Assembly: GCA_945992255.1 (NCBI GenBank)
Contig: CAMFVQ010000058.1
Span: 25,292 to 89,291, forward strand
Length of the DNA stretch: 64,000 nt
Source: an uncultured Clostridia bacterium
Lineage (GTDB): Bacteria; Bacillota; Clostridia; Christensenellales; UBA3700
Direction: 5' to 3'
The notes beneath the pieces were generated by a model. That model was not told where the DNA came from and did not search any database. It saw nothing but the letters and a program-made list of their open reading frames with translations. Numbering within the stretch: position 1 is the stretch's first letter; every line of letters begins with the position of its first letter. The translations under genes were made by a program, and so were the position numbers. Shown here piece after piece: positions 53,032-63,300 of this stretch.

Positions 53032-53610
53032 ATGAAAAAATTAGCTATTTGCTTTTTAGTGTTATTATTATGTTTGTCGTTCTCTGCCTGCTCTGCAGCG
53101 GAGGAGCCTAAGCCTCAAACGGAACCGGCGGCCGACTACGCTGTCTACTCTATTTTTTACCACGCAAATGGTGGCGAGCTCTCGCCTTATAACCCTGTAG
53201 CGTATAACTCGTTTACCCCTAGTTTTACCCTTATTGCACCGGAGCGTGAGGGCTACCGTTTCCTCGGCTGGTCGCTTAATGAGGACGGCAGCGATCCCGT
53301 ACTCGCTCCAGAGGTCGCCAAAGGTACTACCGGAAACCTCCACTACTACGCCGTCTGGGGTAAGCTCTTATCCGTTCTTATAGATAGCAGCAACCCTAGT
53401 TTTTACACCATTACGCCTATCTCTGGCCCTGTGTGCGCTGGAGAGGTTTATACCGTCCATATTGCTACCGCGGAGCCTGTAAGCTCTTTGCAATGGTACT
53501 TTATAGGCGGCGTAGAGCAAATGCCGGATAGTTGCGTTTATGACGAGGAGCTGGGCGTATTTGTAGTTAAGTTTACGCTTACTAAAAGTATTAGAATTAT
53601 GGTTATATAA
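53032..53610 (+). CDS. Prophage lipoprotein with a Listeria-Bacteroides-type repeat domain
   Basis: Signal peptide with the lipobox LSFSAC. The pattern YHANGGE...TLIAPEREGYRFLGW...YYAVW is present. Confidence 0.65.
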   Translation: MKKLAICFLVLLLCLSFSACSAAEEPKPQTEPAADYAVYSIFYHANGGELSPYNPVAYNSFTPSFTLIAPEREGYRFLGWSLNEDGSDPVLAPEVAKGTTGNLHYYAVWGKLLSVLIDSSNPSFYTITPISGPVCAGEVYTVHIATAEPVSSLQWYFIGGVEQMPDSCVYDEELGVFVVKFTLTKSIRIMVI

Positions 53611-53625
53611 TAGGGGGTTGGTAAA

Positions 53626-55152
53626 ATGATTATAGTTGCTTATTGTCGTTACTCAAGCGAGAACCAAAGGGACGGCTATTCTATCGAGGCGCAAACTAGA
53701 GCTATTACCGAGTGGGCTAAGTCTGCAGGCCATACTATAAAGCGGTTTTACGTGGACGAGGCTCGTAGCGCTACCAATGACGACCGCGCCGAGTTTCAGC
53801 GTATGGTAGCCGACGCTGCGTCCGGAACATTTAAAGCCGTAGTAGTTCATAAGCTAGACCGCTTTGCGCGTGATCGCTACGATTCCGCCGTCTACAAGCA
53901 TAAGCTAAAGCAGTTTGGCGTTAGGGTTATATCCGTTCTGGAGCCCCTAGACGACTCTCCGGAGGCTGTCATGATGGAGGCCGTGCTAGAGGGTATGGCC
54001 GAGTACTTTAGTAAGAACCTCGCCCGTGAGGTCTCCAAGGGCAAAAAAGAAACCGCCCTTAAAGCTCAGCATAACGGCGGTTCTATCCCCTACGGGTTTA
54101 CTATAGACAAAGACCGCCATTATATCCCTATCGAGGAGGAGGCGGCGGTAGTTCGTGAAATATTCAAAAGAGTTGACGGCGGCAGTACGCTTGTAGACGT
54201 CACTAGGTGGGCGGTAGCGCAGGGCTACCGTACTAGGCGGAATACTGCTTTTAACATTTCGTTTATTAGGTCTATGCTTAGGTCGCCTATCTATATAGGA
54301 ACCTATAGCTACGGTAGGCGTAGTACCTCTGGCAGAGAACCTATAGTATTTGAGAATTGCATACCGGCTATAGTAGAACCTGCGCTGTTCTACCGTGTAA
54401 ACGATATGCTGAACAAAAGGGCCAGAGGTCCAAAGCAGCGCCAAAAAGAGGAGGACTACCTACTTACCGGCTACCTTTACTGCGGTATCTGCGGAGCCCA
54501 CCTATTTGGCTTTAAGTCCAAGCAAAAGTATAAAGATAAAGAGTACGTAGCTTACTGGTACCGCTGCTCTCATAGGTCGTCACACCGTATGGAGCCAGGA
54601 ACCGAGCGCTGTAAGCTTAAGGGCGTACACAAAGAGGAAATAGAAACCTTTGTTATTGAGAGTATCAAGGCTAAGCTCTTTGGCGAGGATTCTATAAACT
54701 GGATTGTGGCGGAGCTTGGCAAGCGTATTAAAGCAAGGGCTGCCGCCCCTACCGCTGCGCAGCTGTCCGCCTACCAGGAGGAGCTTAAAAAGCTTAGCGG
54801 TCAAAGAGAGCGCTTGCTAGACCTATACCTTTCCGGGGGTCTAGACAAAGAGCTATACGCAAAAAAGAGCGACGAGCTCTATAGCCGTATAGAGTTCTTA
54901 ACTCAAGAGGTAGCCAAGCTCTCCGTACCGTCTATAGAGATCAGCGCCGAGCGTCTCCGCTCTGCCCTTAAGGTTTTTAACGATAGCGCTAATGCCGATA
55001 GCGTAGAGTATAAAAAAAGGCTACTGTCTACTTTTGTAGACTCCGTAGTCTTATCAAACGATGAGGTTATTATAAACTATAAAGTTACTATACCTGGCTG
55101 GAGTTCGTCTAGCGATAGTTTCGTGCGTAAAGCAAATCACGCTTTGACATGA
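53626..55152 (+). CDS. Large serine recombinase (integrase)
   Basis: The N-terminal resolvase domain YCRYSSENQRDGYSIEAQ carries the catalytic Ser. It is followed by a recombinase domain, a Cys-rich zinc ribbon (CGICG...CSH) and a coiled coil. The stop codon is 5 nt from the att core. Confidence 0.9.
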   Translation: MIIVAYCRYSSENQRDGYSIEAQTRAITEWAKSAGHTIKRFYVDEARSATNDDRAEFQRMVADAASGTFKAVVVHKLDRFARDRYDSAVYKHKLKQFGVRVISVLEPLDDSPEAVMMEAVLEGMAEYFSKNLAREVSKGKKETALKAQHNGGSIPYGFTIDKDRHYIPIEEEAAVVREIFKRVDGGSTLVDVTRWAVAQGYRTRRNTAFNISFIRSMLRSPIYIGTYSYGRRSTSGREPIVFENCIPAIVEPALFYRVNDMLNKRARGPKQRQKEEDYLLTGYLYCGICGAHLFGFKSKQKYKDKEYVAYWYRCSHRSSHRMEPGTERCKLKGVHKEEIETFVIESIKAKLFGEDSINWIVAELGKRIKARAAAPTAAQLSAYQEELKKLSGQRERLLDLYLSGGLDKELYAKKSDELYSRIEFLTQEVAKLSVPSIEISAERLRSALKVFNDSANADSVEYKKRLLSTFVDSVVLSNDEVIINYKVTIPGWSSSSDSFVRKANHALT

Positions 55153-55180
55153 TACACTCCCAAATTCTCTGTGCCAACGA
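55135..55180. other. attR (phage arm, TCC core at 55158-55160, host arm)
   Basis: The core is shared with attL, and host-type sequence resumes directly after it. Confidence 0.6.
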
Positions 55181-55310
55181 CAGATATTCTTGCCTTTGGT
55201 TTTTGCCCCATATCTGCGAAAGCTTGTGGCAAACATAGAAGTATGCCCAACAAAATTGTCAGGCATATTACTATGATTTTGCAAGATTTTTGAGTGTAAG
55301 ATTTTGTCAT
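55158..55310 (-). pseudogene. N-terminal part (signal peptide) of the host gene split by the prophage
   Basis: My own translation gives MTKSYTQKSCKIIVICLTILLGILLCLPQAFADMGQKPKARISVVGTENLG. It then runs into phage DNA (VYHVKA*). Confidence 0.7.
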
Positions 55311-55320
55311 AGATTGTTGA

Positions 55321-56430
55321 CTAGTTTTGCAAAACGAATGTCATTGTTGCAGGATTGTGGTCAGAATACATAAAGTCGGTGTCGATGTTGTGAGTATCGT
55401 TGACTTTGATGTTGTCAGACACGATGAATCCATCAAGCACTGCGGTATAGTTGCTACCCTTTACATAAGGCTTGTCGGTGCTACGGCAAGTTGCAACATT
55501 GGTTGCAGCAGCGAATTTATATCCTTCTACAAGGTCCTCATTTTGGAGTTGGAAAACCCATTCTGGCACTTCTTGCTCGGTTGGGAACATAGTCATGCTG
55601 TTGGCAATATCGTGATTGAAGTCGCCACCTACGATGACATAGTTGCCTGCTTTTCTTTCTTCTTCTAGCACTCTGTTGAGGAGTGCAAGTTGTTGTTCTC
55701 TGATTTTACCACCCTCGTCATAAGCAGACATATGAGAATTGATAAGTGTGAGTTGCTTGCCATTTTGAACAGGAATGCGAGATATCATAAAGCATCTGTC
55801 GAGATCAAAGAATTTTGCAAAGCCTGTATCGAGTGGATATTGCCTTCTCGTATTGGACGAGATATTGAACTTACTGAAAGTTGCCAGCCCTGCATTACTT
55901 TGACCGTGTGGGTCATTGAATGGATAGAGCAAATATGCAGAATGGAAGTTGACTGCGAAAGCACTGCCCCTAGTCTTGCCGAATTCATCGGCCAACATCA
56001 CATATTGGTTTACATGGTGCGAACGTGTAGAGTCGGTGTCCACCTCTTGGAAAAACATAAAGTCAAAGTCGCCATCGTTCTTCACAGAAGTGATTGCGCC
56101 GTTGGTGTTGGTAAGCACGGTTTCTTTATTTTTCGCCTTGCTACCGCTACCAGAAACTTTCTTTCCGTTCTTCATTTTGCCCGAATCCATAAAGAAGTCG
56201 AAGTCGTGCGAATAAGCACCAAAACCTATGTTATATGTTACAATCGAATAATTAGCCCCTGTCACAAGCTCTTGTGTTTGGTTGCCTGTGGTGTCGATTG
56301 CTAGGTTATCAGGAATACGATTGTATTGAGCCACTACATAAATCACATAACCCAAAACGGTCATGATAAACAAAGCAAAAATGCTACACAATACTATCGC
56401 AGTAATTTTTACTGGTGTAAGTTTTTTCAT
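55321..56430 (-). CDS. Endonuclease/exonuclease/phosphatase (EEP) family protein with an N-terminal TM anchor
   Basis: Motifs VTYNIG, FQEV, GGDFNH and the C-terminal SDHNP. Confidence 0.8.
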   Translation of the reverse strand: MKKLTPVKITAIVLCSIFALFIMTVLGYVIYVVAQYNRIPDNLAIDTTGNQTQELVTGANYSIVTYNIGFGAYSHDFDFFMDSGKMKNGKKVSGSGSKAKNKETVLTNTNGAITSVKNDGDFDFMFFQEVDTDSTRSHHVNQYVMLADEFGKTRGSAFAVNFHSAYLLYPFNDPHGQSNAGLATFSKFNISSNTRRQYPLDTGFAKFFDLDRCFMISRIPVQNGKQLTLINSHMSAYDEGGKIREQQLALLNRVLEEERKAGNYVIVGGDFNHDIANSMTMFPTEQEVPEWVFQLQNEDLVEGYKFAAATNVATCRSTDKPYVKGSNYTAVLDGFIVSDNIKVNDTHNIDTDFMYSDHNPATMTFVLQN

Positions 56431-56783
56431 AATTTCCCCCGTTTAATATATATAAATAATTATATCATATAAATCATTATTGTCAATATAGACTTTTTTA
56501 GCCGTGCAAAAATTTGCAAAATGGTTTTATTAAACACATTATTTCAATTTATATATCCGCTTTTTTTGCAAACGCCTCAGATTTTTTGTGGAGTGCTAGA
56601 AATTTTCACGTTTTTTCAATTTTGATTTTAGATATAGACATTCACAGCAATATTTTTCACGAAATTCTTTTGCCCAAAATATTAAAAAACTGTCCAAAAT
56701 GCCTACATTTTGCGCTATTTTTGATGTAACAAAAAAGAAAAATAAAAAAATCAAAAAAAAATAAAAAAAGTTGTGAAAAACTC

Positions 56784-56812
56784 TTTACAAGTTGGAAAAA
56801 ATTTGTTATATT
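56784..56812 (+). promoter_or_regulatory. Promoter of the tRNA cluster
   Basis: TTTACA, 17 nt spacer, TGtTATATT, preceded by long A-tracts (UP-element-like). Confidence 0.55.
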
Positions 56813-56828
56813 AGTGTAGCACTGATGA

Positions 56829-56904
56829 GGAAGCTTAGCTCAGTTGGGAGAGCATCTGCCTTACAAGCAGAGGGTCATAGGTTCGAGCCCTATAGTTTCC
56901 ACCA
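56829..56904 (+). tRNA. tRNA-Val (anticodon UAC)
   Basis: Folds as a cloverleaf by hand. Anticodon loop CTTACAA. CCA is encoded. Confidence 0.9.
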
Positions 56905-56970
56905 TTGACACAATGTCAACAACCTTGATGTTGTGTCAATATTTTTAAGAAAACATATAATAATGTGTAT

Positions 56971-57046
<76 letters not shown>

Positions 57047-57050
57047 ATAT

Positions 57051-57125
57051 GGCACCATAGCCAAGCGGTAAGGCAAAGCTCTGCAAAAGCTTCACTCCCC
57101 AGTTCAAATCTGGGTGGTGCCTCCA
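57051..57125 (+). tRNA. tRNA-Cys (anticodon GCA)
   Basis: Folds as a cloverleaf. Anticodon arm AAGCT-CTGCAAA-AGCTT. CCA is encoded. Confidence 0.9.
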
Positions 57126-57135
57126 ATAAAAACAG

Positions 57136-57161
57136 CTCTTGCAACAGCAAGAGTTTTTTTT
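57136..57161 (+). terminator. Rho-independent terminator between tRNA-Cys and tRNA-Leu
   Basis: Stem CTCTTGC / GCAAGAG with loop AACA, followed by T8. Confidence 0.6.
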
Positions 57162-57165
57162 ATAC

Positions 57166-57252
57166 GCCGATGTGGTGGAATAGGCAGACACAAGGGACTT
57201 AAAATCCCTCGGAGGCAACTCCGTACCGGTTCAAGTCCGGTCACCGGCACCA
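57166..57252 (+). tRNA. tRNA-Leu (anticodon UAA), long variable arm
   Basis: Anticodon arm AGGGA-CTTAAAA-TCCCT and variable arm CGGAGGCAACTCCG. One A-C mismatch in the acceptor stem. CCA is encoded. Confidence 0.85.
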
Positions 57253-57260
57253 AACCTATG

Positions 57261-57290
57261 AAAGTCCCTATTTGTCGGGACTTTCTTTAT
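57261..57290. terminator. Bidirectional terminator (tRNA-Leu / giant gene)
   Basis: Stem AAAGTCCC / GGGACTTT followed by a T-rich run. Confidence 0.55.
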
Positions 57291-57329
57291 GCTTGGGAAC
57301 AGATTGGGAACAAAAACATTATTTTAATT

Positions 57330-60300
57330 TTATCCGCAATGCTTTAGAAGTTCTTTTTGTTCGCTCCTAGTCAGTCCTAAGGTATGGACATATTGGTTGA
57401 CTTTGTCCATATCGGTAGAATACCCTAAGTATGCAAGCATCAAGTATTTTTGGTTGGCAGTCAAACGCTGGCTTTCCAACATTTGGACAATCTTTTTCTT
57501 TTTGCTTCCTGGTATTACTTGTCCGTTGCGGTCGGTGTCGGCTTTGATATTCTTTGCTAAGCCGACAATCGTTGCCATACTTACAATATCAATACCGCTA
57601 ACAAACAACATGGTCTTAGACTTCTCTTCTGCTATACTGTTCACAATTGTATCCTCAAAGAAGTAGTCGTACACAAACTTTATCATAGCTTGCTTTTCGG
57701 TGTCGTTGGCTTTTGCATAGTTCTTGCTTTTGATAAGCTCTTCCACTTTTTTGTTGGCTTGTTCATATTGTTTTTTTGCACTTTTTAATTCTGTTTTGGT
57801 GAGTGTATAGCTTTCCTTTTCGTATACGAATGTTTGCTTCAGTGATTTTGGAAAGAATGTTGTTTCACCGCTCACCTTGACCAACCTTGCAAGTTCCTTG
57901 TTTAGTTCACTTGAAGTGTCTCCAACCTTGTCACTTAATGCCACAGCTGTGATTGTGTTTATGCGGTCAGCATCTTCTTTTTTCATAGCTCTTGCCAGGT
58001 CTTTCGCTAGTGGCATATTATAAAACTTACTATCCCACTTGTAGACCGCCTCATCATCAATAACATTAGCAGCACCATAGAACAATCTATACATATTCTT
58101 GGTAGGTATACCGCAAAGTGTACCCATCGAGAAAATGAGTTTCTTTGTTGAGTTGGCAAGTTTTTTGTTGTCACCGCTTCCGATAGCCTTTCCAAAGCCT
58201 TGCACTGCAGACAAGCTGTCGTTTAGTGTGCCTAGTGTGAACTCTTCTATTGCATACCCCTCAGTGAACAAGTTGTAGATTTCTTTGATTATAGGTATTC
58301 CGGCAAGCCAACTTGCACCAAACTCTGTCAATATTGCCTCGCCAAAACTTTCATCGTCATCATCTAAATTGTACAACTTCGAGAAAAGTACTGCGAGAAT
58401 ACTTGTATACATTGCAATTGCACTCATTGTTGCAGCGGACTTTGCAAGTTGTTTCGCATTCTTTTTTAGCAAGTTTTCAAGCTCCGTGATTTCCGCTTGG
58501 TTGTTAGACTTCTTAGCTTGTGCAAGTCGTTCTTTGAGCGCTATTTTTTCACCGACTGAATCAATTACTCTGCTTATGTTCTTCATTGCATCACTGCTGA
58601 ACATAGTAAAAGTTCTAGCAAGAATATTATCACTTCGCATCATCGCACTTTTTTCGGTAACCATTGTATTTTGCTGTGTCTCTAGTATTACTTTTTCTAG
58701 CATTTCACCAGCTTTGATTTTGCACTCTTCGCTGTTGATATCTATTCCTAAAGTATCAGCAACCTCAACGCAACACGCTTGGAACACACGACTAACAACA
58801 AAGCGGTCTGCCATTCCGATTGGCTTCATCATCTTTTCTTGCAATTTTCCTAATTTGTCTTCCTTGAGCGATAGGGACAACACTGCTGTGTTCTCATAGT
58901 TTCTTACTTGTGCAAGCGGACAGTATTTATCTATTTCGATTTTTTTATACGGCATAAACATTGCTTTGAGCAGTGACTTGGTGGACAATATATGCCAACT
59001 TGCCATATATGAAGATAGCTGGGTGAACAATACTTTAACATTGAGGGCAAGCAATGCAACCGCAGTGTTTCCCCTTATTTTTTCAAAGAACATATCAAAG
59101 CCACTTCTCTTGGCACGAACACCCACAGCACGTTGCACCATATCATTTAGATATTGTTGACCTTTTTTCCATTCTAGCAAGTCGCCCAAACGCTTTGCCG
59201 AATTCTTGTTTTCTATTCCATCAACTACCGCCGACAAGTCCATATTATACAATTTCTTAAAGTTGTCAATAGGAATTTGCAAATGTGCATAGGTAGTGAC
59301 TTCTTTAATGTGCTTAAGTGCTACATTTTGCAACGGCTTGATTTCGAGCATATGTGCATTCTTGACAGTGTTCTTATTGAATGATGCATTGTCAAGATTG
59401 TCAAATGTTTCGTATGTAATATCCCCCACTGTCATTGCTTTTACGCCATATCTTTTGATTGGTATATAATATGTATTCTTAACATTTGAGCCACCAAAAC
59501 GAATTATATCCGTTCTTCTCTTTTCTTCTCGACATTGTTTGTTGAAGATATCTTCTATAATAGTGACATAGGCAAGGTCAGTTTCGTTGAGTTGGCTCTT
59601 GAGTTGTGCGAGATGATGCTTTGCTACACTTGTCAACTCTTCTTCCACTATCTCGCTTGTTGCAACACCCTTGACTCTAACTTCGTTACCCTCGGTGTCA
59701 GTATATACAAAGCCGTTATACAACAAACCGCTCAATGCATCTTCTCGTTGCATTGTCATATACAATGTAAGTGCGACTTGCAGAGGTATCTCTTGTCCAT
59801 TGTATGTGATTGTGCGTTTATCATACTCATAACCTTTATGTTCGGCAAGGAACTTATCCAGTGGCAACTGTATTTCCATTTGTCTGCGTTCTTTGTTCAT
59901 CACGCCCTCACGGAATTGAGAAAACATACTTGTCCAAAAGCCTTTTTTGTTGTAGCCATCGTGATATCTCATAACCGACATTGGGTCAATGACGTATTCC
60001 AATGCACTTCTTGCTTTATCAAGTAGCTTGCCAAAAAACTTTCTTTCTGCTTGAGGTGTCGTGCGATTCGTTCTATCGATTGCCTCATACTTAACTGCTT
60101 GCTCTGTTGCATTTGCCCATTTACCATTTTGGTATACTTTTTTGTATGTATTGGCAATGTGATATATCTTTGCCATTACTTCATCGAGCATTTTTATTGA
60201 TTGCGATGATATAGTCTTAGTGTCTGCTGTTATCTCGGCAAGGTAAGATATCTTCTCTTTCAACTCTTCCACCAAAACAACTTCACCATATCCCAAATCA

Positions 60301-63300
60301 GCAAGCTGTGGGTTGTCCATACTGTACCACTTGTTCAACTCTACCATTACTTTATGAATTGCACTTACTCGAATATTTCCTTGATACACAAGTTTATTTA
60401 CCGAGCTAAATATTCTGCTTAGCTCCATAGCCATACCATTCTTTTTCATAGCCTTGATACGGTCGATATTGTACATTGTCCTGTTGATATTAAAATGAGT
60501 ATCAATCTGTGTTTGCAAGTCACCAGTTAACTTCTTCCACAATGTTTTTGTTCCGACTTTATCTTTTTCTTTCAGAATGGTTCGCACCATTGCAGCTCTA
60601 AGCGAATGCAACTCTTCGCTATCAAGTGTATCTTTTATTTCTTTGCCAACTTGATTGTCAATAGTGTCTTTTGCGTTTTGGTATGTTTCTTCGAGCTTTT
60701 CGAGAATGTCTTGAGTTGTGTATGTATCGCCTAACAAATATTGCAAGTTTTGGTCTTGGACAAGTTGGTCTAGGCTTATACCCTGTCCGTTCTTTGCTCC
60801 CCATCTGCCATATATCTTGATTGCTTGCTTGTCGTACTTATACTTGATTTCTTGCTTGTCAGTGTCTCTAAACTTGATGCCTTGCAAATAAGGTCTGAGT
60901 GCATCTATTGTTTCCCTCGCACTTTCAACCGCATCCGTCCGCATATCTTGGACAATAGCGTTTGCAAGGATAGTATCAGCTATTTTGCAAGCAATTCCGG
61001 TGTATTCGTTTTCTTTAGCTCTGTTCAAGCCTCTCCACAACTCATCTATCAAGTCGTTTTCGTGCTTGATTTCGGCATAGGTATACTCATCACCAATAAG
61101 CTCCATAACCTTTTTCTCAATAGCTTCTGCCTCTGCTTTGGTGTATACCTTGTCAGTTTCTAATTTACCCCTTGCTTTGACATAATCGGCTCTTTCGCTT
61201 GGTTTTTTGGAATATTCTAAGTTGTCTTTTGTAAATTTTTCACCAAGTGTATTGACTTTATCTTTACTATTGGATATATTATTAGTGAAGAAGTCGTTTT
61301 GAATTCGGTTACCTTCGGGGCCGGAAGCGTTGGTATTTACTTTCGCAACGACTTCTTTATTGTATTTTGTTATATCATATATGTGATAAGTCTTATCATT
61401 TTTAGTTAAGCCTACATTGATTATAATTTCAAATATCTCACCATTAAACATAACTTTATTTAGATAATAAGACATTTTAGAAAACTTCTTATGCTCAACA
61501 TCTACTTCATTTAGAAACTTTGCCTTTTCAACCACATCTCTTAAATTAGACAACTGAACACTTCTTGCTTTATCCGCTAGTTGTGCGAGTTTTTTAGCAT
61601 CACTATTATCCATAATAGCTTTTTTATTATCGCTTAAAGTAAAAACTACATTGCTAAAGTTTTCAATTAAGTATTGTTTTATAATACTATATTTCTTTGC
61701 ACCAGTAAATCCTCTAAGCTTTTCTTCTAACAGCTTATCACTTGTCAAATCAATGATTGGAATATTGTCGCTCTCACTCTCTGTCATTTCCTTTGTTATC
61801 TTGCGTGAATATTGCAATGCTTTTTCATCATCGCCGAGTCTATAATACAATTCCACTCTGCTAAGGCGTGTATTATCCAAAATATAATCAAGCGCTGTGC
61901 TTGCTCCCTCTAGTGCAGTAGTAGTGCGTATACCAAAAAACTTCTTGATAGCATCAACAATTCTTGTCCACAAATTGACTTTTTGGAGTTTGCCTCTAAA
62001 TCTTTCATTGGACAACTCTGCCACCATTTCATATACACTAGTCTTTCCATACTCGTTTTGGAATTCTTTCATATCCTTTATTTGATTGTATATGTCATTG
62101 AGAGTTTTGCATGCTTGTCTCATCTCGTTGGCAAGAAGACTTGGGTTAGTTTCGTACACGCTCAATGCACAATTGGTGGTAGCGTGTATCAACTCGTGTA
62201 ATATTGTTTCAGCCTTATGTTGATTGGTATATCCTGCATCGTTAAAATAACTGATATCTAGCACCACTTCTCTACCATTGTTATAGCCATACCCATCAAT
62301 GCTGTCTCCAAAACTTATGTTTAGCTTGCTTAGCTCGGCATTGGCAAAAACTTTGCTTGCCAACTTTTTTATATCTTCATTGGTATTGAATACATTGAAT
62401 ATGGTGCGTATTTCTTTCAATGTGCATTCGCCTTGTTCAATATTTATTGTTGTTTGGGTATAGGCAATCTCTGTCAAACTTTGGTTGATAAGTTGGGCAT
62501 ATCGTTTAAGTCCTTTTTCGTGTTCAGACTTCCACTCTTGAGAATGTGCCGTTGCACCAAAATACAACAAATCTTCTAGTTCTTGAATGTTTTTCTTGTT
62601 TGTCAAATAATGGGCAAATGCTTGTCCTATTCTTTCTTCACCATTGTTTAGTCTAGATATAATATCTATGCTTGGTGTGTTCCTTAGCGCTTCTCCCAAT
62701 ATTGAGCTGGTAGACCAACTTGTTCTTCCGCCGTTGGTTATCGCTTGTTTTAGCTCTTCCACAAAGAAAATTGTGTCTTCGTATTCTGCGGTTTCCTCAA
62801 TATTGGTGGCAGTAGGTTTTTTTGAGTATTGTATTTTATTCTCAAACTCTATATTTCCAAAATTCTCTTGCTCTCCTACCCATTCTTTTCCATTCCAAAC
62901 TTGTAATTCATAAGCTGGCAATTCTAAATCATAATTATATTGTAGTCGTTCTTCACCTTTATGAAAATAGTTTTCAAGTCCGCTTACATAATCACTTTGA
63001 GTAGGCTTTCTTCCTTTTAAATATACCGCTTTTGATTTACTTTTTTCAATCGGCATATCGAATTGTACATAATTCTTTTCTTTAGTATATGCATTGTCTA
63101 CAATACTTTTTAGCCACTTGCTTGCACGTGTAGTCATATTTGCATTAGATAAGTCTATGTGTCCTCGTGCCAACATTTCTGTCCTATCTTGTGCAAACGA
63201 ATAAGCTTGCTCTTCATTGTTATAAACCCATCTATCATAAAACTGTTCATCGAGTATATTGTCTTTACTAACTACTTTACCATTATACTTATAACCTATT

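Larger units (their letters stand above)
15671..55159. mobile_element. Integrated temperate siphovirus-type prophage (~39.5 kb) with a large serine recombinase
   Basis: Full set of lysogeny, replication, packaging, HK97-like head and tail modules. The insertion splits a host gene. Composition shifts at both junctions. Confidence 0.85.

Noticed and set aside
56728-56772. A-rich low-complexity tract as a distinct repeat element
   Set aside because: It sits directly upstream of the tRNA promoter -35 element, so it is most simply an UP-element-like set of A-tracts.
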